DNA of 64,000 nt from Rhizophagus irregularis (GCF_026210795.1 NC_089434.1:4774001-4838000), one strand, 5' to 3'. Shown: positions 51,406 to 64,000, counted from the stretch's first letter. Notes: generated by a model from the sequence alone, not told the origin. Numbers and translations: made by a program.

Positions 51406-52786
51406 TTATATTGTTTTTTTAATCACCTCATTCTTTCTTTTCGTCTCTTCATCCGTACTACTTATATAAATTCTTCTGCCTTCCTCCTCGTCTTCTTCTC
51501 TTATCTCGTTTTCTTCCTCTTCTTGTAATACTTCTTCTGCTTCGTCAGCTACTTCTTCTGCTTCATCAACTTCTGCTGCTTCATCAACTCCTTTGTTTGT
51601 CTCTTCAGCTTCTTGGGAAGCTTCTATTTCATCATTATCGGAATACGAATAATTATCCTTACTTGTAATTTTTTTCTAAGAAGTAAAACAAAATTAGTTT
51701 TTAAATATTACTATTTATTCAAATTTCTAATGCTTACCAAATTCTTCGTTAAAACGGGTTTTATGACAGATTCTGTAACCTGAATATGTAAATTTTTCGG
51801 ATTTAAAATAATTTCACAAATACTTATTGCATATGCAATTTGCATATTAGATAATTGATTTTTGCCTTTAAGTATTTGGAGGATTCTCGACATATATGTC
51901 TCCGGATCCGGATTCTTGATTTTTTTGAATAAATTACCGTAACAATTTTTCACGGCTGGGCTCCCTTTCCATTTTCTTATTTCGCTTTCCTTTAATGCTG
52001 TGTTTACAGCAGGGATTGTGGGAAGGTTAAATTCTTTAAAAACGACATACATTATGTCTTTCACTTTAGAAGCTAAAGAACCCCAGACACTACGATGTTT
52101 AGCTAGAAGCTAAAGAAAAGATTTTAAATTTAAATTTCAATAAATTAATGTAAAATCGTAATTTCCCAAAACTTACGGGAGAAGCAATGTTTTTTTCATA
52201 AAATATAATCCATTTATCATATCTTTTAAATCGTTTAATAAAATCATCGTAGTTTTCATTCATATAATTATTAGTGAACTCTCGAAGTTCATCGGGGGTA
52301 GGATATATTGAAGCTTCAAGTAACTTTTTAGCAACTTCTTTGATTATTTTCTATAATCAAATATAATGATTTAATGAGGAATTACTACTAAATGTTCAAC
52401 CATGATTTACGTAAATATTTGTATTTTTGGGTCTTACCTTTATATATTCTTCATCCCCTTGATTACTATCATTATTTTTATCGACCGATTCTTCTACTTT
52501 CGATACTCTGTTTTCTAATGCCTTTTGGTTGGAAATAATTATATCCAGTTTGGATAAAATTTTTGTATTCTGGCGCAATATTTTCGTTAAAGCTTCTTTA
52601 TAACAGTAGAATATAAATAATATAAATAATAATATATTAGTAATAATTATTTTTATTTTTCAAAAATATATAATTTAACCAACCATTAATTAATTCATCG
52701 GAAGATTCATCAGTTTTTCTCCGTTTGTCTACATGCTCGACTGTTTCAGTGTTTTTTTTATTATTATTATTATTATTTTTGTCCAT
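51406..52786 (-). CDS. Uncharacterised accessory protein A (5 exons; coiled coil + helical domain + acidic tail), apparently intact
   Basis: Spliced by eye: MDKNNN..DKRRKTDESSDELIN | EALTKILRQNTKILSKLDIIISNQKALENRVSKVEE.. | KIIKEVAKKLLEASIYPTPDELRE..WIIFYEKNIASP | LLAKHRSVWGSLASKVKDIM..AYAISICEIILNP.. | Glu-rich tail. All introns GT-AG. Confidence 0.78.
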
Positions 52787-52844
52787 GATTGAAAAAATGA
52801 AAAAAAAAAAAGAAATTTAACGGATAGAAGAGAAGAAAGGAGTT

Positions 52845-53475
52845 TAACGGATGAATTGAGAGAGAAAAGAAAGGGTTGGTTAATGGATAAAGGAGAGTTT
52901 GAAGGATGCCTGTGAAACAATAGCATGAGTTTTTTTTCTGTTAGTGGACTTGCATTGCGTTGCAAAATTTTTTTTTTTTTTTTTTGAAAGGATTTGTTAA
53001 GGGGTGTGAAAAAGAAATAGAAAAGACATGAACTTGCATATATTTCTAAAAAAAAAAAAATCTGGGAACATTTGCAAATCCAGTAGAAGAAAAAAGGCAT
53101 GAAATGAAAAATAAGCAAGACGCTCGAGAGACTAAATCTGCAGACAAAAAAGATGAGGACAAGCCTAAACGGATAGATTGAAAGGGGTTGGTTAATGGAT
53201 AAAGGAGAGCTTTGAAGGATGCCGCAAGTGAAACAATAGCGTAGTTTTTTTCTGTTAGTGACTTCCGCATTGCGTTGCAAATTTTTTTTTGAAAAGGATT
53301 TTGTTAAGGGGTGTGAAAAAGAAAATAGAAAAGACATGAACTTGCATATATTTCTAAAAAAAAAAAAAAAAAATCTGGGAACATTTGCAAATCCAGTAGA
53401 AGAAAAAAGGCATGAAATGAAAAATGAGCAAAGACGCTCGAGAGACTAAATCTGCAGACAAAAAAGATGAGGACC
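52845..53475. repeat. ~311-bp direct duplication upstream of accessory gene A
   Basis: ggttggttaatggataaaggagag at ~52875 and ~53186, with colinear continuation. Confidence 0.9.
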
Positions 53476-53594
53476 ACAGCCTACAGAAGATAAACAGAAA
53501 CAATGCATATTTATATATTTTATTGTTTGTAAATCTTTCTATATACTGTTGTTTATTAAAAAAAATTATTTGATCATTATGCGTAATGATCGAC

Positions 53595-54195
53595 TACACA
53601 ACAAGTTTAATTTCATGCAAAGCCTATATATTTCTAGATCGCAATAAATATAAGGTTTTCGTTACATTTACAACAAAGTTAATAGATAAATGACAATCTT
53701 TCATGCAAAGTCCTACAATATTTCTAGATCCGAATAAACATTCAAATTTTATAAGGTTTTCATTTACATTAAAGTTAATAGATAAATGACAATCTTTCAT
53801 GCAAAGCCCTCACAATATTTCTAGATCCGAAATATTTCGCAATAAATATTCAAATTTTATAAGGTTTTCGTTTACATTAAAGTTAATAGATAAACGACAA
53901 TCTTTCATGCAAAGCCTACAATATTTCTAGATCCGAAATATTTCGCAATAAATATTCAAATTTTATAAGGTTTTCGTTTACATTTACAACAAAGTAATAG
54001 ATAAATGATAATCTTTCATGCAAAGCCCTACTATATTTCTAGATCCGAAATATTTCGCAATAAATATTTAAATTTTATAAGGTTTCGTTTACATTTACAA
54101 CAAAGTTAATAGATAAATGACAATCTTTTATGCAGCCCTCCTTATATTTCTAGATCCGAAATATCTCGCAATAAATATTCAGATTTTATAAAATA
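53595..54195. repeat. ~90-110-bp tandem repeat (~6 copies) between divergent gene A and transposase
   Basis: Recurrent ttcatgcaaagcc..atatttctagatccgaaatatttcgcaataaata..aaagttaatagataaatgacaatct. Confidence 0.92.
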
Positions 54196-54783
54196 ATAAG
54201 CTGTGCGATGATTATAACGAAATTTTTCTAAGCTTATTAATTGATAAATATATAGAAAAATGCTTGTGGTCTTTTGATGCACAACTATTGACCGAAAAAA
54301 TGTATAACCAACCAGATCACAGTTACAATTGAGCACAATTTTTGATTGATCGGGTTGGTTATATATCCATAATAGCTTATGTTTATTATATTTATTATAA
54401 AATTAAAATCGATCAGGGGAAACCAATTTTGTAGATCTGATTAACCGGCTTACGTTTCCATTAACATGATCTGATCTATAGAGTTTCAAAAATAGGATTT
54501 TAGAGATTTTGGCTTATATTAGGCGAGGCTTGTTTCAAATTTGAAATATAGCTTCGCCTGAAACTTACTTTATGATTATCAAAATACGCCACTTTTCGTA
54601 GAAAAATTTAAAAAGAGGTAAACTTTTCACAACGATCTACGCCGAGTTCGGATCATGTTGTGGCTAATTATTTTTCGGCTAACTACACCATTATGCAAAC
54701 GTTTATAAATTGACATAAATGAGCAAATAATTTTTTAATTAATTTGTAAAGTTTAAATTCAAGTAAATAAAATACTCTTAAAA

Positions 54784-57700
54784 ATGTCATATAAATGCCC
54801 TTTTGGCCCAAGGTACTTCAGCACAAGGTCTGCATACACTCAACATAAGAATTTTTGTACTCCGCCTAATAACGATAGTAGCGATAGTGAAGAATTAGAA
54901 GAATTTGAACATAAAACTAATAATCATGATATCGAGGTAAAGAAAATAGGAAATTATAAAATTTTTTGAATTTCTTTTTTAACATAATTAATTTTATAGA
55001 TGATCCGTGAAGATTCATGTGAAGATCTTTCTGTTAATAAAAGTACAGACTCGGAAATAAATAATCAGAGTTTTCAAAGAGGACCCCGGATATCTAATAT
55101 AAAGGTCATAATGGACTTTTGGCCAAAAACACCCCTTTTTGCTGAAACTCAAAAAATCGTTTTTTGTAAATATCTCAGCATCCAGTAATTCAATTTTAAT
55201 GAACTTTTTTTATTTTGTAGCCCTCATTTAGCTCTACAATTTAAAAAAAAGTTCATCAAAATTGACCACTGGATGCCGAGATATTTACAAAAAACGATTT
55301 TTTGAGCCCCTGAAAAATGGGCCAATCTGCCGAAAGTGTGACTTATGACCTGTTTTGGAGATATCCGGGGTCCTTTTCAAAGTATGATGTCAATTTCAGA
55401 GGTTGGTGAAATTGATCAAAATATAGAAGAAATAGACCACGATGAAAATGAAAATGTCTTTGAAAATATCTTGGAAGATTCGATTCGGTAATTGAACGGC
55501 TAAGAATCCAAACCTGAAATTAACGTTAATTACCCAAGTGAAGCATATGGTGATTTAATGGCATTAGTTACGAAACATAAACTTAACAATGCGACAGGAA
55601 ATGCTATAATTAAATTCTTTAATAAACATGCAAATTTAGATAAATCACCTCTTCCAAGATCTATCGAACAAGGCCGCAAATATATGGATATTATGAAACT
55701 ACCAAATTTAAATTATACTAAAACTAGTATAATAAATTATAATAATAATGAGTATTTTCTTTATCATCAGTCTTTAATAAACTGTATAAAAAATATTTTG
55801 TCAATTTCGGACATATCACAAAATTTTGCGTTAACTTTTGAGAAAATTGAGGTAATTATTTTATACTTTCGTATGAAATATACAACTTAATATTATAGGA
55901 TATTTACTAATCTTCATATAAATTTAAAGCATAACGGTGAAAGGGAGTTTAGCGAACAAAATACTGGGATATGGTGGGAAAATGCGGAAAAATCCCTGCC
56001 ACCTGGTGCCAGGCTTTTATCTTTAATATTATATTCTGACGCTACAAATGTTGACACACTAGGAAAAAGTCAACTCCATCCCATTTACTTGTCTATTGGT
56101 AATATTAAAAATTGGAGGCGTAATAAGAAAGATGCAAAGCAATTATTAGTGTATCTGCCGATCTTAAAATCTAATAATATTACTGAAAGGAAGTCTGAAA
56201 CATTTAAGATTGCTGTTCGCGAATGCTTCCATAAATCTTTGGAATTGTTACTAGACCCTTTATTAAAATTAAATAAAAATGGCATTGATCTATTTTTAAA
56301 TAACGAAATGATTTGGTTTTATCCTAGAGTTTCAGCTATAATATCTGACTGGCCGGAAGCTGCAACGTACTGTCTTACATACAAATCACCAATGTCAAAA
56401 CATCCTTGTCATTTTTGTCTACCTACAAAAGACAATCTGCTGATCTTAATTTACAAATTCACGATATAACACCACGAACTCACGTTAATATGCAGCAGTA
56501 TTTTAATCAAAACTCGGGAAATTCCGTTTGCATTAAAAATATATCTAATTTTTTTTGAATCCGCCGTAAGTTTACATAATATTTGTTAGGCATCCAGCCA
56601 TTTCGCCAAATCACGTAAGCATTACAAGCATTACACTAACATGAGTTTATTTTTATTAATTTATATTAAGTAATATAAATATCTATCAAGCCACAGTGCC
56701 TGATAAAATGCATCATCTCGATTTAGGCCTCTTTCATTATCAAATCGATTATACGAAAAAACTTTTAGGGGTGCAATGTGGCAAAACTTTAGTTGATGAA
56801 GTAGATCATTGATTAGCCGCAATACCAAGATTTCCCAGTTTGAAGATCTTTACAAATGGCATACAATCAATAGCCAGATTAACAGCTAATGAGTATCGCA
56901 ATCTGATGAAAGTAATGGTTTTTGTAAAGTGGACAATTTGTTTGTAAATAATGAGGATGATGAAAATTTTGTAAAGAATGAAGATCTGGCAAAACTTTAC
57001 GAAGCTTGGAATGAAATGTATGCAATTAGTCGATATGAAAATTTCAAAGAAAGTGATTTGGCCAAATTTAGGGTATGTACTACATAATTATTATAAAACA
57101 ACGCTCGTCCACTAATACTTAAAATTATAATTTCAGGAATCTATAAACAATTGGTCTCAAATGTTCATAAAAATTCTCCAATGTATGTCCCCCCGAGTTA
57201 AAATTACCAAAACTGCATTCGCGATATCATATAATTGATTCGATTTGATCATTTGGTGCAGTTAATGGATACACTACAGAGACTTACGAAAGCCTTCACA
57301 AAGAATACGTTAAGAATCCCTACTGATTAAGTAATAAAAAAAATATTGAAGTTCAAATAATGAAAATAGCAAGTATTATTTATATAAAATACACAATACT
57401 ATGTTAAATTTCTAAAAAAAATTAATTTTTATAGATTCAGCGACAATCAATAACAAATATAACCCATCGATTACCAAATTCAGCTACTATCCTTCGTATA
57501 TTTAAATTTACAGCAATACTTTTTAAATTTCTATTAAAAGATGCCCATGATTTTTTTGTAGAACAGGCTAATATAGACCACAAAATGAGATCTGGATTTG
57601 ACAATTTTTTGGAATGTTTAAATCTGTATATGGATCACGAAAGTATTGCAAATGAAAGCCAAGTGACAATATACAGATCAGTTATAATAGAAAATGGTGC

Positions 57701-58122
57701 AATAATGCGCGCTACTAACAGTTATTACGGCAGACCTTGGTATAGTAACTGTCGTTCGTATGAATTTCGATAAATTATTTGATTACGCTTCGATCGTGCA
57801 TTTGTTACGGGCAGGTAATTTTTTAATTGATTTGATACTACATATTTATATAATATTGCTAATTTAAAAATGATTTTTTAAATTAAGGTTTTATTAATAG
57901 CGAAAATAGAACTTAAGAATCAAAATATTCCATTAAATCTCGCATTAATTCAGTGGTATTGACTTCAAATTTTAAAAATCAACCACATCTTTAGGGTGTC
58001 CCTTACTAGAAATTACGGAAATCTATAACTTTATTGATATAGAAGCAATACAAGATATCGTACATATAGTACCCCGGTTTAATAAAACAAATGAATATTT
58101 TGTAAATAAATACATATTTTAA
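54784..58122 (+). pseudogene. Plavaka-family transposase (multi-exon), disrupted by MITE and frameshifts
   Basis: N-terminal MSYKCPFGPRYFSTRSAYTQH; SEQNTGIWWENAEKSLP..LILYSDATNVDTLGKSQLHPIYLSIGNIKNWRRNK; ISDWPEAATYC..PCHFC; VPDKMHHLDLGLF; AIPRFPSLKIF; GAVNGYTTETYESLHKEYVKNPY; ends VPRFNKTNEYFVNKYIF*. Confidence 0.88.
55080..55374 (+). mobile_element. AGGACC MITE copy inserted in Plavaka transposase exon 2
   Basis: Perfect TIRs; 8-bp TSD tttcaaag; removal restores ..NQSFQSMMSISEV. Confidence 0.94.
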
Positions 58123-58273
58123 TAAAGTTTATTATATTTAACGACAGTGATACTAATATCTTGTATAACGTTACTGATCTAAAATATGACTATTACTTTT
58201 CCTTTTTTGATAAGGTAAGTTTTATGGATTTCCGTAAAGTTACGGTTGAATGCGTAAATTGTTCCATTTTTAT

Positions 58274-58568
58274 AGGACCCCGGATATCTCCAAAACAGGT
58301 CATAAGTCACACTTTCGGCAGATTGGCCCATTTTTCAGGGCTCAAAAAATCGTTTTTTGTAAATATCTCAGCATTCAGTGGTCCAATTTTGATGAACTTT
58401 TTTTTAAATTGCAAAGCTAAACGAGGGCTACACAATAAAAAAAAGTTCATTAAAATTGAATTACTGGATGCTGAGATATTTATAAAAAACGATTTTTTGA
58501 GTTTCAGCAAAAAGGGTGTTTTTGGCCAAAAGTCCATTATGACCTTTATATTAGATATCTGGGGTCCT
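58274..58568 (-). mobile_element. AGGACC MITE copy
   Basis: TIRs; 8-bp TSD atttttat; empty paralogous site 'aattgttctatttttattggttagactg' at ~61351-61378. Confidence 0.94.
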
Positions 58569-59746
58569 ATTTTTATTGGTTAGACTGTTCATGTCTGATC
58601 GGTTACACCAACTAATAAATTCGTGATCAAAAAATGCTGATCAAACAACCCTGACTAATATATAATGAGTTGGCATTTTATTTCACTCAGGAGTGGTATC
58701 ATTAGATTTTTTATAATGTGTATGCATGCTTATGTTTTCAAAATTATATAAATTTTTTATCGTACAAAGAAAAACTTTAATTTTTATTGTTTCCATGTAA
58801 GATACGACTGACATAATTATTACTACTAAGTATGCGAAGGTTTCTGCAGTTCCTGCGAATTCTACTTTAATGACTTGTACGAAAAATTGCTTTGGTTTAG
58901 TATAATGAGTAAGTATCGAAATCATGCGAATTTCTATCCATAATAATAAAACTCATGTTCACGTGTTTATGTTTTATTTCCATATATGATATAACAATGA
59001 TATAATTATTAAATATTCGCGGTTCGCGTTCCTGCGGATTCTACTTTAATGACTTGTACGAAAAATTGCTTGGTTTAGTATAATGAGTAAGTATCGAAAT
59101 CATGCGGTTCTATCCATAATAATAACAAGGAAAAAACTCATGTTCCATATAAAGTGATATAATTATTGAATATTCGAAGGTTTCTGCTATCGTTTCTTTA
59201 ACAGACTGTGCTTTCTTTTAGAATAATGAGTAAGTTAATCGAAATTATCCTTATTGCTTCACGTGCGTGTTTTATTTCCTCAACTGACATAATTATTACT
59301 AAGAAAGTTTCTGCAGTTCTACTTTAATGACTGGTACGAAAAAATTACCTGGTTTAGAATAATGAGTAATTATGCCTATGTTCACGTGCATGTGTTTTTA
59401 TTTCCTCGACTGACATAATTATTACTAAGAAAGTTTCTTTTCCTCGGTTTAGAATAATGAGTAATTATGCGAATTTATCCTTATGTTCATGCGTATATGT
59501 TTTTATTTCCTCAACTGACATAATTATTACTAAGAGAGTTTCTGCGGTTCTGCTTAATGACTGGTACGAAAATTTGCATGATGTAATTATTGAGTATTCG
59601 AAAGTTTCTGTTAATGACTGGTACGAAAAATTGCTTGATTTGGGTTTAAAGAGTTTTTTTTTTCATAAATAATGGTCAATTTTTTTCCTTCAGAAATATT
59701 TTTTTTCTTAAATTGTAAGAAATCCCACTTTTTCAAAAGTATCATT

Positions 59747-60998
59747 ATGGAATCAGGAAATAAATTGAGAGAGTCCTCTCGTAAGAAAATTGAGGAATTG
59801 CTAATCGAAGGGAATCATAAGCGCAGTGATAGAAGCCAAAGCCGAAGCAGAAACAACAGCAGTGAAACCAACATTAACACCAACGAAACCATTAATGACG
59901 AAGTTAGCGTTCTTCAAACTAAAAGATGGCTTCCTGCAAATTCAAAAATTGAAGGTATTCGCAAATATTTAAGAAATTAATAAAATTATCTTGTAATTAA
60001 TATTTATTGTAATTATGGTAGATCGATTAACAAAGATTGAAAATAAAATCGATACTTTAAGTAAAGAAATACAAGAGTTTAAATCCGAGTTAAAAACTTT
60101 ACTTTCTGATAAAATAAATTTGACGTGAAGCGTTAAGATCATTCGTAAGCGGTAAAAATATCTTTCAAATATTTAATTTTATTATTTATTTACATTCAAA
60201 TTATTTGAATTTCGACTAATTTTAGGATATTGTGAAAAATGTTTCGAAATTATTAATAAAAGTATCGATTTACCCAACAAAAGATGAATGTTGTGGAGCG
60301 GTTGAAGGATAGTTATCACTGAACCATGCGAGTTTTTTCTCTAATTTTACTGAAGACGATTGGATCGCAGCGTTTTACGATGATAATATCTTGTAAACAA
60401 GTAAGTCCTTATTCGATAACAAAATGTTTAATAAAATAAAATATTAAGTATTAACTTTCTTCGTAGTTAACAAAACAAGTACAGTCCATAAGAGAGCAAT
60501 TGTCCTCAAAATCAGGGAGGCTATTTTTTCTATATTCGGATCGTTCTGCTTTATAACGGAAATGCTGGGCCGTGAAATTGCAAATAGAAAAGAAAACCCG
60601 AGGTTAAAAGTTGTTTTGAAGGCTTGTTCAAAAAAATGAATCTATAAAGATAAAAATTCTTCGATTGTTTTAGCAGCGTTATTATTAGTCACCAAAATGA
60701 CGTTAATGCAGAAGCTTGCATATGTTAACTGCCGTCTTTCAACAATTTTGAACCCAAATCCATGACGAAATAATGTTGAAAAAGAATATCGTAAAACAAA
60801 AAGTTAAAAAATTTTAGTAAGTTTGTAATTTTATAGTAGTATTTAATAAAATAGATTTCGCTAATCGTAATGTCTTTTAAAAGAAAAATCCAATAGTGAG
60901 AATGGTCGCTAATTTATTCCAATTTTGAAGATAATAGCTATGAGGAAGAAGAAAGTGGAAATGAAACTGAAGATGATGAAGAAGATGATGTATAATAA
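59747..60998 (+). pseudogene. Accessory protein B, copy 1 (paralog of A; frameshifted as assembled)
   Basis: MESGNKLRESSRKKIEELL.. | DRLTKIENKIDTLSKEIQEFK.. | DIVKNVSKLLIKVSIYPTKDE.. and an acidic tail; many 1-bp indels. Confidence 0.7.
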
Positions 60999-62638
60999 GG
61001 TGAATTTTATTATATGCGTAAGATAATTATATATATGTTTATTTGTTTTAATAATTTATTATTTTTTTTTTATTGGTTTGGCGGAATTTGGTGAATTCAT
61101 ATTAATAATATAATATTACGAATTAGTAATTGATATGTCATTTAAAAAAGAGCATACTCCTTCAAAAAACAAATCCAATAAATTTTTCGTTTTACGTTAA
61201 TTTGTATATAAAATTTTATTAATTTGAGTTTTTCTCGTTTGACTGATAATATTTAAACAACAAGAGAATTTTTATACGCTGAAACACAAAAAATTATTTT
61301 GAATTTGATCGCAATTTTGTTAAAATTCGAATTCACAATTGAATGTGTAAAATTGTTCTATTTTTATTGGTTAGACTGGAGTTTATTGTCTGATCGGTGT
61401 ACAAACTAATAAATTCGTGATCAAAAAAATGCTGATGAAACAACTATTAATATATAATGAGTTGGAATTTTATTTCAACTCAGATTATTATCATTAGATT
61501 TTTTATAATGTGTATGCATGCTTATGTTTTCGAAATTATATAAATTTTTTATCGTACAAAGAAAAACTTTAATTTTTATTGTTTATGTAAAGATACGACT
61601 AATAATTATTACTACTAAGTATGCGAAGGTTTCTGCAGTTCCTGCGAATTCTACTTTAGTGGCTTGTACGAAAAATTGCTTGGTTTAGTATAATGAGTAA
61701 GTATAAATCATGCGAATTTCTATCCTTAATATCAAACTCGTATTCGCGTGTTTATGTTTTATTTAAATATATGATATAACGATGATATAATTATTAAATA
61801 TTCGAAGGTTGAAGGTTCCTGCGGATTACACTTTAATGATTTGTACGAAAAATTGCTTGGTTTAGTATAATGGTAAGTATCGAAATCATGCGGTTCTATC
61901 CATAATAATAATAAGGAAAAAACTCGTATTCGCATAATTATTTATTCAATATAAAGTGATATAATTATTGAATATTCGAAGGTTTTGCGGTTACTGCTTT
62001 AATGACTGGTACGCCTGGTTTAGAATAATGAGTAAGTAATCGAAGTATCATATGTTTCGCGTCGTGTTTTTATTTCCTCAACTGACATAATTATTACTAG
62101 AAAGTTTCTGCGGTTCTCTTTGTGGCTAGTACGAAAAAATTACCTGGTTTAGAATAATAAGTAAGTAATCGAAATTATGTGAATTTATCCTTATGTTCGC
62201 GTTTGGTTTATTTACTCCAAACTGATATAATTATTACTAAGAAAAGTTTTTGCTTGGTTTAGAATAATGAGTAATTATGCGAATTGTAGAAAAATTTCCT
62301 GGTTTAGAATAATGAGTAATTATGTGAATTGGCACGAAAAAATTTCCTGGTTTAGAATAATGAGTAATTATGCGATTTATCGCTATGTTCGCGCGCATTT
62401 GTTTTTATTTCCTTGACTGACATAATTATTGCGAAAAGTTCACAACGGTTAAGCAATGACTGGCATGAAAATTTCATGATCATAAGTATTGAGTATTAAG
62501 TTTCTGTTAATGACTGGTACGAAAATTGCTTGATTTGGGTTTTAAAGAGTTTTAAGCTTAAATAATGGTCAATTTTTTCCTTCAGAAATATTTTTTTTTC
62601 TTAAATTGTAAGAAATTCCACTTTTCAAAAGTATCATT

Positions 62639-63910
62639 ATGGAATCGGAAATAAATTGAAATTCACTCTCGTAAGAAAATTGAATTGCTAATCGAAGGAA
62701 TCATGCATGATGATAGAAGCGAAAGCCGAAGAAGAAACAACAGCAGTAAAACCAACACAATCAACGCCAACGAAACCATTAATGACGAAGTTAGCGTTCT
62801 TCAAACTAAGAGATGGCTTCCTGCGGAATTCAAAAAAATTGAAGGTATTCGCAAATATTTAAGAAATTAATAAAATTATCTTGTAATTAATATTTATTGT
62901 AATTATGGTAAATCGATTAACAAAGATTGAAAATAAAATCGATATTTTAAGTAAAGAAATACACGAGTTTAAATCCGAGTTAAAAACTTTACTTTCTGAT
63001 AAAATAAATTTGACATCAAGCGTTAAAGAATCATTCATAGCGGTAGGAATATTTTTGAAATATTTAGTTTTATTATTTATTTACATTCTAATTATTTTGA
63101 ATTTCGACTAATTTTAGGATGTTGTAAAAAATGTTTCGAAATTATTAATAAAAGTATCAATTTACCCAACAAAAGATGAATGTTATGGAGCGGTTGAAGG
63201 ATATTTAATACTGAACCATGCGAGTTTTTTCTCTAATTTTACTGAAGATGATTGGATCGCGTATTATAACGAGAATATACATAAACAAGTAAGTCCTTAT
63301 TCAATAACAAAATGTTTAATAAAATAAAATAAAATATTAAGTATTAACTTTCTTCGTAAAGTTAACAAAACAAGTACGGTCCATAAGAAGAACATTGTCC
63401 TCGAAATCAATGGAGGCTATTTTTTCTATATTCGGATCCGGTTTACCACCTATAAACACAAATGCCGGGCCGTCTGAAGTAGCAAAATGGAAGAGAAAAT
63501 CCGAAGTTAAAGATTGTTTTGAAGGCCTGTTCAAAAAATGAATCCCAAAGACAAAAATTCTTCGATTGTTTTAGCAAGCGTTATTGATAGAGTCCTCCAA
63601 GGTGGCAATTCTAATGCAGAACTTGCATATGTTCTTGCGACCTGCTCAACAATTTTGAACCCACATCATGACGAAATAATGTTGAAAAAGAATATCATGA
63701 AACAAAAAGTTAAAAATTTTTAGTAAGTTTGTAATTTTGTAGTAGTATTTAATAAAATATCATTTCATGGCTAATCAATCATATTATTCTTTAAAGGAAA
63801 AAATCAATAATCAAACGGCCATAAAATATTCCGATTTTGAAGATAATAACTATGAGGAAGAAGAAGGTGGAAATGAAACTGAAGATGATGAAGAAGATGA
63901 TGTATAATAA
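62639..63910 (+). pseudogene. Accessory protein B, copy 2 (paralog of A; few frameshifts)
   Basis: DVVKNVSKLLIKVSIYPTKDECYGAVEGYL..DDWIAYYNENIHKQ | LTKQVRSIRRTLSSKSMEAIFSIFGSGLPPINTNAGPSEVAKWK..AYVLATCSTILNPHHDEI; tail EEEEGGNETEDDEEDD. Confidence 0.72.
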
Positions 63911-64000
63911 GGTGAATTTTATATGCATAAGATAATTATATATATGTTTATTTGTTTTAATAAATTTATTATTTTTTTTTATTGGTTTGGTAGGACTGGT

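Larger units (their letters stand above)
58569..63995. repeat. ~2.8-2.9-kb tandem duplication (58569-61080 vs ~61360-63990), each with a nested repeat-rich upstream region and accessory gene B
   Basis: Colinear text; internal subrepeats such as ggtttag(t/a)ataatgagtaa, actgacataattattact and gactggtacgaaaa. Confidence 0.92.
49377..64000 (+). mobile_element. Large Plavaka (CACTA-like) transposon with accessory genes; right end beyond window
   Basis: CACGGC start followed by subterminal ttacgga..tccgtaa repeats and the 51-bp array; internal Plavaka transposase flanked by paralogous accessory genes. The extent is inferred. Confidence 0.62.

Noticed and set aside
52729..53449. 202-aa Phe-rich ORF and neighbours
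   Set aside because: Low-complexity translation of the 311-bp duplication; the real gene starts at 52786 in another frame.
58161..58583. 140-aa and 76-aa ORFs (also the GPRISNIKVIMDFWPKTP tails at 11822 and 55000, and the start of the 44012 ORF)
   Set aside because: They are read-through translations of the non-coding AGGACC MITE.
1..64000. tRNA/rRNA genes, prokaryotic operons or phage/defence systems
   Set aside because: None recognisable by eye; genes have spliceosomal introns. A covariance-model scan was not possible.

Overview
This is a very AT-rich eukaryotic window with short GT-AG introns and almost no intact host genes. Gene-family style and composition suggest a Glomeromycotina (Rhizophagus-like arbuscular mycorrhizal) fungus; that is inference, not a database result. 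It is mostly nested DNA transposons: a decayed Helitron2/Helentron-type Rep-PIF1 element (plus a partial duplicate), a Crypton tyrosine-recombinase element, a complete Zator element, hAT and LINE remnants, and many MITEs with readable TIRs and TSDs. Two multi-kb segmental duplications and an SF3B4 pseudogene are also present. The most notable structure runs from 49377 past the window end: a large CAC-ended Plavaka (CACTA-like) element. It carries a transposase, three copies of an uncharacterised 5-exon accessory gene family, and several distinct tandem-repeat arrays, including a palindromic CpG-rich 51-bp array. A second candidate is a duplicated TATA-driven, spliced fold-back transcription unit (possible hairpin/small-RNA gene). 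All calls were read by eye, so boundaries without TIR/TSD support are approximate.
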